In this document: positions 1-11,604 of the stretch, piece after piece | Numbering within the stretch: position 1 is the stretch's first letter | Layout of the letters: every line of letters begins with the position of its first letter | Origin: Haplodiscus bocki | Lineage: Eukaryota | NCBI GenBank assembly: GCA_965655095.1 | Contig: OZ296659.1 | Span: 32,054,001-32,118,000 of the forward strand | Direction: 5' to 3' | Length of the DNA stretch: 64,000 nt | Program-made: the position numbers and the translations under genes | The notes under the pieces: model-generated | Told to the model about the DNA's origin: nothing | Databases searched by the model: none | The model's input: only the letters and a program-made list of their open reading frames with translations

Positions 1-3000
1 AACTATGTTCAACTTTATTATCCATATTTTCCGTTGATGAGTCTAGTGAACAGTGATTCTGAAAAATTTCCATGAAGAAAAAATATTAACATCATTTTTT
101 GAGCGTGTAGCTCACACTCATAAGTTGAGATCAAGATCATTCAATCGCTGTCTTCGTCTTGTACAAGATCATCATCAAGTTCGATCTCCGCATTGTTGCG
201 TCAACACACACAACCTCATTCATCTGCTTCTGAAAATCATCCATCGTCGCTCTCTGATAATCTACTTCCTTCAAGACCTTCCTCTGGTATTGAAACGTTC
301 TTCAGTTTTCACCCAAACTCCAAATCTATAAAGTTTAATGGAGACCAGTTATTAATCTCTTCAGAGGGTGCCAATAAAACTGCCGAACTTCCACATTCTT
401 CGCTAGATGTAACTTCTAGACTTCCTGCACCTGACCTATAGCATTAACCACTGAGACTTGATGATTAATTTGTCAATCATGTCGCACAAAGTCTCACATA
501 TCACATTTTTCCCTAAACAGAATGAACAAAAGTCTGCAATTTCCTAATATTGTTTGCAGTCGAAAACTGAATACGAAAAACAACTCTACTACAGAACCTA
601 AGTTTGAAGTAACTCTGAAATCCATTGGATTGAATCCTTAACCAAATAGAACTTCACTCTAAAAAACACCGGACTTTTCTTAGTCCTTTCGTTGTGAGTA
701 GTTTAATTTAATTCCAGTGACGAATCTCTATCTGATGAATGAAAAGAAAGTAAGATTTTTTGAAAAGCCATCTCTGGTTTGAAATGTTAAACTACTTTCT
801 GAAACCTATGATTTTTCTCTCCGTGTTATCATCTTTCTCTTTGCTGAAAAATACTTATCCAATCTTCTATGAAAGAGTAAATGTACAAGTAAACCTGATG
901 ATTCTAGGATACCCCATCTCTCAGTCACTCAACTTGATTGTACAGTTTGACACAATTTAGCCAAACTAGAGTGTAAAAAGGTACTGAAGCTCTCTTTGAA
1001 ATCAATTATACTAGAACAATCGCTTCTAATTTTCTTTTTGCTAAATCGAAAAAACTAGAAGATTTCTGCTCTTCAACTATTCAAAAAGTCGTGTCTTTTG
1101 CGCTCAAGGTGCACATGACATATTTTTAGATATGGGTCGTATGGCTTGGAATACTAACACCGTGCCATTACCTAAAGAACTGGATCCTTAGGAACGTAAA
1201 AATTTTATGCGAATCCTTGATCGAACGGACTGTCTTTACTAAACCTTTAATTCTAATCGGCTCTTTTACCTATTTTTGTAGACTGAGTTTTCAAGTTCGA
1301 AGTGAGAAAGAACAGACTCTCTTCACTGTAACCTAATTGAGCACTGTAACCTTTGGTGTGATCACTTGTCAACCTATAAGTACTGATTGGATTACTGCTC
1401 CTGAAAATTCGCAAACAATATGCTCTGACGACCAAAATCATTTTTTGATAAGGTAATCAGTTCACCAAAAATTGAATAAAAATCTCTGGAAAATGGTGAT
1501 TTTAAAGATAAACCAATACCCGATAGTCATATCCTTCCAGAACCGCGTTTCGATGGTTTTTGTGAACCAACACTCAGGCGTCCATATATTTTTGTCCGGT
1601 TTCTTGAAACAATATGTTTTTTATTCAGATCTCTGATTTTATGGGACGTATGACGAAAAAGAATCACCATTACTGGTTAGAAACTGATAAAATCTGTTAG
1701 TATTGGGAAAAATACTGAGAAATTAATGAGGGCATACTGTCCATGGTTTTTCCATATACTACTTCACCACTGAGAACAACTCCTTCAACTTTATCACACT
1801 TGAGACTTTCTGTATAGCAAAACATCACATATGCATACAACTCAATATCTTGATTTATTTTTCACTTCTCGTGGAGGTTTTAAGAGAAACACTGGAAAGA
1901 AAAACCCAATTGTCGTTGAAGAAGAACAATCATTCGCTCGAAGTTCAAGTTTTCCGCCATTCAGCTTTGAATCTGTAAAAAACGAATTTCTTTTCCTCAA
2001 ACAAATGGTTCAAATAGTTTCGGTACTGCGGACAATCATGCTCACATAAAAAGAATGATAGTTTAATCTATCAACCATGCATTCAAATTGTTATCCCTTC
2101 ACGGACTGAATAAACTTCTTCACGTTTTTGAATCGGAAAGAACACAATTGCTGACTCTATTGGGGAGGTGTTTTCAAAATTGTCAACTAACTGGTTTCCT
2201 TTTTAATGGAAACCGCAGCAACTTTTTCTGCTTAAAAGGATATACTGCTGGGTTAAAATGTCGTCCTCAAATTCCTTCATTCCTGTATGAAGCTGAAATT
2301 TATTGTGACCGTTTACGAATGAACAATCAAGATACTGTAATGTATAATTATCTTTTACCTAGACAACTTTTAAATAGGCGACTTCTAAAACATGTGATAA
2401 CAACACACAAAAAGTCAAAGCTTTACACCTTGATAACGATGAACACCGAGGATTAAATCCTAAACCTGTTTTATGAGCCACCTAACGCTCTTAGAACCAA
2501 AACAAATTCAACTTGCAATCATCCCAAAAACTTTCACTTCAAAAGAAGCTGGAGTATATTCTATTATTAAATTAACAAAGTTCTCGAAAGATGTTGCGTT
2601 CAGTAAACATTCTAACACCACACTGAATTGATTGGAAAAAACAGTCACATTCGACTCTATAGCTACTTCCGAAAATACCCAACTGATTTCATCCATTCTC
2701 TAACAAAAATCACTTTTATCCTTATAATGTTTTAAGGGCCCGTCTACGAAAACTTTTCTTGAACAATGTTCCTCCGTTGAATTTCTAGTGATTTGTTGAT
2801 GCATTTCTTGCCATATTTGGATTTCCATGTTTTCTTCTATCTGATTGTGGATTTTTCCTCTCCACTTTTCTGTATCTGCATTATGTGACTACAAAATCTT
2901 TTTTATGAGTCTATACTTTACAAGTGGTATGTCCATTAAAAGTAGACTTCGTGAAAACATAATCATACTGAGTTCTATAGCTCATGGTTTTTTTCTAATA

Positions 3001-6000
3001 TACCACTTCAAAAATGGACACTGGTATACAATAGGCTGCAGGTGAAAAATGTTGGAGCAAAAACTTTTAACGGCTTTTCGAGCATCCAGAATAGCTAGAT
3101 AGTTCAAAATAATTCTCTAGTAAAGAATCCAGATATCGACGATCAAACATCTGAAAAAAACGAATCGTTGAGTTCACTGTTAAATCGCAATTAAACTGAG
3201 CCCGAGATTATTTTTACTCTGCCCTTTACCTAGCTTTTTAACCCTGAAGTGTCAACTTCATACTTTTCTCTGGATTTTATCCAGTTAAAATCGTCAAATC
3301 CAACCCAAATCCCTCATACTATCACAAAAGCAGTTGTTAAAACTGCTGGTCACCTATAACTACCCAATTTCTTCCCGTTATAATTTCGTCATCAATCTCA
3401 GAAATTATGGTCGAATCAACAATACTGTAAACTGAAAAAAAATATCACAGAAATTTATAATCATCAAACATATTTAATAAAAATGAATACAAAAGTCTTC
3501 CGTCTGATTCTTCTGAGACTTCAAAGTATTTTTCAATCTCCGTCAAGTTTTTTTTTTCAAATAATCAATTAGAAACTTCAATTCAATCAACCTAAATGAA
3601 AGTTTTTCTCAGAAATTTTAAATTCTTTTTTGTTGTGCAAAATAAACTTCCTGGAAATTGTTTCGTCAATTCTCTGTAACACTCTGCAATCTAGCTGTCT
3701 GTAATGTTGCTCCAAAATTTTTAAAAATTTCTGCTTCAAATCAACCGTCAAATACAGTTGACCAAACGGAAACTCAACAAGTTGATCCGGCTCATACCTC
3801 CATTTCAACCCGTTAGTAAAAGTTTGAAAATTTCTCAAATTGAACGTCACTCAAAGAAAGTTGGAAGTTTCAATTCCTTCAACTGAATTTGAATCCTAAA
3901 CTCTGGTGATCAATGTTCAAAATGTTTAAAAAGGAACTGTTTTGTCGCCAAGTTCGCTTTGAGATCTTTCGCAAGTTTTAACTCCCATGACTGAAGTTAA
4001 GAATTCACTACAGGGTTGTAACAACATTCTCAATGACAAAACGGGAACTCAAGAAGCCCCCGATAGAGCTCCTTCATTTGTAAAAAGGCTCGAGATGTCC
4101 GCAGAAATTAAAACCTCTGAAGTTGATTCTTCAAAAAACCCAAAAGAGGAATACAATTCTTCAGAATAAGCTACATTTGTGAATTCAACTGTTGAACCTC
4201 TTTCCCTGACGCCATCATCGAAACCTGGTTTTTATCGAAAAGATTTCTTAACATCTAAAGAATCTACTGAACGAATTTAAATCAAAGCTCAAATAACTTT
4301 CAACCTCGTCCAAAACGATAGAAGTGAACCTAATCCAAATCGTTAAAATGATCATTGTATTTCGTATTCATCTGAGCAATTAGCCCCATTCCAGTACTGG
4401 AATTTGATTTTTCAAAACTCTTCACGCTACAATTGATTTTTCTACGTCTCTTTGTTTTCGCGTTAGAAACTGATAGTTCGAATTGGAACTTCTGATCTGT
4501 AAAGAAGAAACGTTTCCGTTGTGAGACATATAAACGTTTTTAAAATACCCTTCCTCCCAATTTTACAAAACTCGACTTTCAAAAAAAATTTACCTCTCCC
4601 TTGCCACTTCAATTATCCTCGAATTTGAAACCAGCATAAACAAAAGGCTGACTGCGAAAAAGACCTTCCAAACATTGTTATTCCATTTATGGGTGAAAAA
4701 GTACTGATAGACCGACCTCCTATTCTCACCGACTCTGGACCTGAAGATTCAGACTGTCTGCGTACTTCAGTTTTTTGGCTGTATCTTCATTTGTCAATAG
4801 TTATTGATCATCCATTTAAAGACAAAGCCCTGAAATTATACCTTGTTTTTGCTTCGCCAAAATTTTTATCGTGAATCACTGTTTTTGACTGCTAAATCAG
4901 CCAGTTTTGTTTCAAAGAAGCAGTATCGATATACCGCACCAACTAATCCTCAATCTGTATCTCATGTTCAGGTTACCTATTTTGCAAAAACTTTTCAAAC
5001 GTCAATTCTGAAATCCAACCTATCAACGCTGACCAATCAACTGAAATTCAAACAATGTTTTGCCCTATCAATTAAGTTCAACAATCAGAGGAACTGTGCC
5101 GGGCTAATATTTCCGAAATGTCAGATAAGCGAATTCCGGAAAGAAGTTCTCACGGATATCGTGCTGCAATTCTGTCATGCGCAAATTTGCAAATAAATCT
5201 GAAAACAATGCAATAATCTACTAGTGAAATGCAATCTGCCGTCACATTACTGAAACAAGTTTTTACTGAACATCTTTCCTCAAAACAAAGACTCTGACTT
5301 TTTTTCGTTTTAAAAAAATTCTCATTCAACTAAATAATTTTTTCACCGTGAATTCCAAGGCCTTACACATATGAAAAATTTTCTTTCATCCTGGAAAAAA
5401 ATCTTCTGAACAACTCAAAAAATGAGTTTGATCTCAAATACTAATGACTTCAAAAATACTATTTTTCAAGAAGAAATAATTTCAGTAAATAATATTTTAT
5501 GTTAAGAAACTCCATCTCATATCCACTTGATGGTGACCTTTGCATGTTTGTCTGGTTGCCACAAATAAACCGCCAAGTCCTCAAAATCACGAAGACTATT
5601 CCAGATAGCTGCATTACGAGTTCGTTTTGTCAAGACTCTCCAAGTACTCAAGGAACACCCCAAAGGTTGTGACAAAAATAAAGGTTCGAGGATACTTTAG
5701 CAAACCTGAAGTTTTCTCAAAACAACGTGCAATGAAAAATTTTTCACCAACATTTGATGATGAGAATGATGATTTTTTCTCTGTGTGAAATGATACATTG
5801 CATATTACCCATGCACCTACTGATTACATTCCATCTCATCCTGCAACTATTTGACGTCACCATCTCTCTTAAACAATGACAAAGTTTTACCTGATCCAAT
5901 TCAACCTTTCATTATGTTTCCACATCCGCATTGGCATTCTAAACAAACAAAAAAAACAAACCTGCAGAAAAATCATTTACTCAAATCTTTGCTGAGCTGC

Positions 6001-7790
6001 CTCGGAAAAAAATTGATTCCAAAATTCAAGCCTTCTCTTCATATTCCCCAGAGAACTCTGGAAAAAAGAAAAAGAAAAAAGTCTGCAAAGTTTTAAGCAA
6101 TCCCTATAGTAATGTATCAACAAACACTCTCAAAGACTCTGAACTTTACTCGGTGTCTGTTATAAAAATATTATTGGAAAGAACTCTGTAAGTTTGAAAA
6201 AGGTTCTTTCTATCCGTCTACGAAACAAAAATTCACTTGCTATTAACTGGCTCACCTGTTCCTCACTAGTTTAATGACTGCTCACATGCACTGGATTTCT
6301 GGCTCAGAGGACTTCTGTTGCTCGATGTATGTATTCCTGGTTTTTTCGAGTATTGGATTTCTGGTCATCTGTCTCTGGTTCTGCGTTTCCGCATCGGTCA
6401 GGACTGCACTTCACAGTCTCTGGCAAAACATCATTGGCTCTGTTGTCCGCCCCGATTGAAAAAATCATGTTCCAATGTAAGAGATATTAGCGTATGTGTC
6501 GATGATTTTCTGTGTTCTGCAACCGTTGAGTTTTTAGTCGAAAAATCTCGCCACTGCTCATTGTGTATCCAGTCCGTTGGATAAATCCGAGTGCGATCTG
6601 GTTCAGAAAAACCTTTCTGGTTCATCTGCCACTGATCACACCGCTTTGCTACCTCTGAGCCACCCATTTTTTTGTCCGATGTAAGCAGAATTTCAACGCG
6701 CAAAATAGTGCGAAAATTGGTTGACAGAATAGAATCTTGAACCCTTCGACAAAATAATCTGAAAGTTTTTGATAACTGCATTATAAAGCTATAGACTCGA
6801 GAATTTTTTTGTTCAAATTATTTTACTCTTACTATTATATTTTGTAACTGTCGTATATTTTTTTTGTATGATTTTTCGTTACCAAAGTCAAAGTGCTACT
6901 TTTGGAACCACAATTGCTTTGTAATTCCTCTCCCTTCTCTAATTGCCTCAAATTTCCTTCTAGCTAATACTCGTTTGTATGAGCTGAAACAAACTTTTTA
7001 AAAAGCATTAAATTTCAACTTCTCCAAACCCTGAAAAAAGTACAAGGAAAACTTTTCTGAAGTACCCTCTGTAGCACGATAAAAAACATTTTTTATGAAC
7101 CAGTTCTCTCAAGAAATTCATTGAACGAACTTTCTGAAGTTCCTCGAGTTTCGAAAGGTAAACATCTTTAACACAATTTCTCAGATTTACGTTCGAGACT
7201 GAAACTTCTGCAAATTTTCACACTTCGCAGTGTCAACCACTCACAAGTGTTCACTTTTTCTTCATAGGAACTCGACATTTCTAACAACTTCTTCAGCAAC
7301 GAAAGCACAGTGAACAAAAATTGAAAGGTCGTGACTGAAGATTTCGAAGAAATCGAAGAAGTTCTACTTTGAAATATTTCGTGAACTCAGACTAAACTGC
7401 TCATCTGCCCCTACTCAAATCATAAGTTTCAACTAGATCTCACGATGACAAGTTGATAAACTAACTCACGTTTGATGACCACCTAAGCAAGTGAAACTCT
7501 GTCACTCATTTGAATTGATCTGTGACTAACTCAAATTACGTCATCAAAGTGAATCGTCATGTTGTTCGTCCAGTTTAATTGAAGAACAGAACAAGGTGGT
7601 GATCTCATGTGTTCAAAGCTCCTCAGTTAGAACCCAACTTCAAAAATTTCGAAAGAATTTGAAATGTCCGATAAACTGAAATCGATCAATTTAGATTGAT
7701 TATTTTTGATTTTTTGGAATAAATTGAAGGTCGAGCCGCTAGGATTTGAATGAAATAAAAACTAGTGTAAGTGTCGCGGCAAGACTTTAA
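1..7790 (+). mobile_element. Decayed 3' portion of an env-bearing LTR retroelement (env relic plus eroded accessory ORFs); boundaries approximate
   Basis: Fragmented + strand coding-like sequence containing the fusogen relic at ~1.0-3.05 kb. AATAAA followed by ...GTGTCGCGGCA at ~7755-7780 could be an LTR end. No RT or IN motif was found inside the window. Confidence 0.45.
1000..3050 (+). pseudogene. Class III viral fusion glycoprotein (gB/chuvirus-G-like) env relic
   Basis: ORF 2088-2456 reads LHVFESERTQLLTLLGRCFQNCQLTGFLFNGNRSNFF..G...C....LYEAEIYCDRL...TVMY..RQ. This resembles the CELER..L..P.LAG.L.G...C..CYD.IP..TR segment of chuvirus-type glycoproteins. A hydrophobic TM-like stretch lies near 2960-3000. 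Many stops and frameshifts. Confidence 0.6.
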
Positions 7791-8714
7791 AGCCAACGGT
7801 GAGACGCTCCCTACTGGAAAGGACAATCTTGGTCAGTCGACAAGAAACGCAAACTCACAAAAAACTGAAAATTTTACATATGTTTTTTTTAGTAATTCAT
7901 GACTTCAGGTGAACAAAACGTAACATTTACGTAATACTCCATTTAGATAACCACATGTTATTGGCACGTGCATTGTACGTGTAATTCTGGTGGACTGATC
8001 CAGATTGGGATGGAACCACTACGGAAGAAAGTGATTTTGCTTTACTTCTCCTATTTTTTGCTTTTGTTATTGAAAGTTGCTGTAAGTCTATTCGATTAGT
8101 TTATCATATAAGTCCACCCTTTTACAAACCAATGCAGTAGTTCAAATTACGGTTGACAGTGTCAAAAAGTTTGCTTTATTCATTATGACTGTAATTTGTA
8201 ATGTGACTTTGAAAGAGAGATTTTGTTCCTTATGTGTTCCGTCGCAACCAATCTAGTTACGTCACTAGAAATTAATCCAAACTGCTGTGCTACTATGCTG
8301 TTTCTTTTTGGATGAACAGAGAGCGCTTTTGTAGCCACTCAATTCAATCTCATCGCAGACACGTTTTTGGCTTTGCGAGACTATAACTTTCTTAAAAAGA
8401 AAGCTTGTGATATCCAGCTGGTTTATCGATAGCGATTTTGAACTTTGAAATTACTAAACGACCGGCCACCACCGGCATACGTTTTCTCCTGCAGTCTTGT
8501 TAAAGACGCTTTTGGAAAAGATCAAAAAATTTTGTTTTCAAATAATACTCTTCATTCATTTTCTACTTTTTCCAGTTTTGAAAATGTTTTGACTTTTTCC
8601 CAAAAAACATCACATGTAATGTAGAAAAACTATTCTAAGAAATAATATCATTTGATACGTATTCGACAGCAATTTTGCCACTTGTTGAATTGGAACACCT
8701 CAAGTTTTTTCAAA

Positions 8715-10672
8715 GATACCAATTTTTGACGGGAAATCAGAGCTTTTTGAACTGTTTGAAAATCTATTCCAAACAAACCCGAAAATCCACAACCACTTCA
8801 CGAAAGAAGACAAGATAAACTACTTCCATTCTCTTTGGCATGTTGATTCTCTCCAGACGTCCACAAACATCACCAACCTCAATGGAGATAAATTGGGAGA
8901 AATCTTGACTGGGTTTCGTATGAATTAAAAAAAAACCAGTCAAAGGCGACGGCGAAACACAAATTCCAACGACTAGCCTTCAACTCAGCAAACCAGAAGT
9001 AAATCAACGATTTTACGATCTCCAGAAACTAGCAAAACATGCATTCGTATTTGTTGCTCAGGCAATAATCGGGCAATTCATATATGCCAAAACGCCTCCC
9101 CAGCGGAAGAAATTGATTAATCACCTGGAAAAAGGCACATATGAACAAAATATGTCACGTCTAGAAATGAAGTTATATCTGAATGGTTTGGAGACTCTAG
9201 ATGAGCTGCAAATATAAAACTGAGACGCAACAAGCCACACAAGGGTTCCATGAAAAACCAAACCAACTTGTCATCATTGCAAAAATTCAAGTCACCACCG
9301 AAACCGGTAAAATCAACTCAAACGAGAGGGACCAAGGTCAAACAATACAAATAGTATTGGCAACAACAATAACAACAATGGTGGTCAAACGAACCCTAAC
9401 TCCATCAACAATACTTCCAAGAACACCAATAAAAACAAAACAAACAGCCGAAAAGACAGAAAACCAAGTGAGACCTGTGGTAAAACAAACCATTCCACCG
9501 ACAAATGTTTTTTTTGGAGCAAACGCAGCTAATCGACTGCTTCCCCGTAACAGACAACCGGAAAGACAGGCTCAGGTCACACACAGAGACACTCAAAACA
9601 ATTGAAAATTTTTTGTCCAAGCTGTAGCCCAAAATTTAAACTAGAAACGCCACACTTTTACTCCAGAACTGCATCTAACAGCCCGGAGACCACCAAAACT
9701 GTAAAACTTCGACCAATCCCCGAGGTTATCTGACAGCAACCCCACGGAGACATCTATAAATCAAACAACCTAAATAAAAATATTAGTGACTCTACGATAC
9801 AAACTACTCAAGAAACTCAAAGACTCATAGAAGCGCATGTGTCTGATGTAGCATGTCAAACGTCGACACCCAAGGAAACTCAACCCAAGAACCACGTGAT
9901 TGCCAGGGAACAACCTCCGAGAAATCAACTAGTGGACGAACCAGTACCGTTCCTCAGCTACTCTAACACTTTTCGCACCATTTTTCAGGAATCCGCGAAT
10001 CATAGATTGACTACTCTTAATGGAAGCATACCATCCCCCGTCCCATGGAAACAATCCCACTAATTAAGGCAAGGTTGGTGAGATATAAACAAACCATTGA
10101 ATTGTATTTTCCACTAATCTCTACGGTGGTCCTGATTTGAGAGCCAGAAAAGCTCTACATGCCTCTAGATTTCGAGAATCTTCTAACAGTAGGGTCCCTG
10201 GTATAATCAAGAGCCTACGTCAGTGCAATTGCCCAGAATGACTTAGGCACATTAGAAAAGAAAGGCCCCCGTAATATTCTCAAAATCAACAAACACTGCA
10301 TTTTTCAAATACAAGTAACAAATGGCCAGTTAGCAAAACCGGTAGCACAAGCCACACTTAAAATTGAAAATGAAGACAACACATTTGCTGAACTTTTCGT
10401 CGTAATGAAGAAATTGAAAGAGCCAATCAAATGGTTGCATTTTCTGAGAAACAACAGTGTAGTCATCAACACAACACATGCACTCATACATTTCCCGCAC
10501 TTGACGATGCAAGAAAAAACTGCCTCAAGCGAAATAAATGCGAAAACCGAGCCTGTCCTCACTGAAGATGCCCTGATTATAGCACCAAGGACGATAAAAA
10601 CAAGCACGGTCTTTGTCGACCATTCTCCAGAATGGAACACGGCAGGTACTGTGACACCAATGAAGAAGTTTC
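8715..10672 (+). mobile_element. Ty3/Gypsy gag-protease relic (3'-truncated)
   Basis: Gag PIFDGKSELFELFENLFQT...KINYFHSL at ~8720. Zn knuckles PTCHHCK..H..N (~9265) and ETCGKTNHSTDKC (~9470). Eroded aspartic protease PLDFEN.LT..SLV*SRAYVSAIAQ (DSGA motif) at ~10160-10240. Confidence 0.8.
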
Positions 10673-11057
10673 TACCATTTTCATTGAGTCGGTGTTACGG
10701 TTGTTGCAGTAATTTCCGAGTATGAAGAAAAATAAACAGCTCATAATGTGGATTGAAAATTGCTGAGCTAAAATCCACATAAATTTCTCAAATTCCAAAA
10801 ATTTTCTAACAATCACCCAGAGAAGAAATTATGGTCGTTTTTTGAATAATTTTGAGGAATTCACTGATGATAAAAAAGAATCGATGATGAATCAACAATG
10901 ACTTTGATTGCGCCTCAATTTTCTAAAGCTTCTTACAATCACGACAGAGGAGACAAAATTGATGGTGGCTGGTTAAATTTCTCGACTGAATTTTGCGGTA
11001 ACTTGGACACGAATCGTTTTGAAAACGTTACGATTTTAAAAAGTAAAATGTTGTCAG

Positions 11058-11604
11058 GGTCCAATCTGCTCTACACGATGCCCCCTGAACACAACTGGGC
11101 CTGGCTGTAGCGAAGCATGCCCATGCCTAAACAATGGGAGTTGTCTACCTGAGGATGCTGGGTGTAATTGCACTGCCGGTTGGTTCGGAGAAGTGTGTGC
11201 TGACCCCTGCCCTTCTAATCTTTTATGGGGTCACAATTGCACTAATACTTGTCCACGTTGCTTGAACGGAGGTCAGTGTGATAGATTCAGTGGATACTGC
11301 AAATGCGAACCCGGGTTCATTGGCAAATTTTGTGAAGAGGAATGTGAAGTTGGTTTCTGGGGTGATGCATGTTCTAATGTTTGTGATTGTGCATTTAATG
11401 TGACTTGTAATTCCAGAAATGGAACTTGTCTCTGTAACAAGTTTCAGTCCGGATCCAGATGTGAAGTGCTGGATTGTCCGGAAAACCTGTTTGGTACAGA
11501 TTGTCTTCACAGCTGCAAGTGCCAGAACAATGCGTCTTGTGATCACATCAATGGGTTTTGCGACTGTGCGGGTACAGGGTACGAGGGGACACACTGCAAT
11601 CACG
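11058..11604 (+). CDS. EGF-repeat exon A (GPICSTRCP...GTHCNH)
   Basis: tgtcAG|GGT acceptor, 547-nt open frame, donor G|GTTTGG. Confidence 0.85.

Noticed and set aside
7070-7780. Precise 3' LTR of the env-bearing element
   Set aside because: No second copy in the window and no clear PPT or terminal inverted match, so the boundaries are not called.
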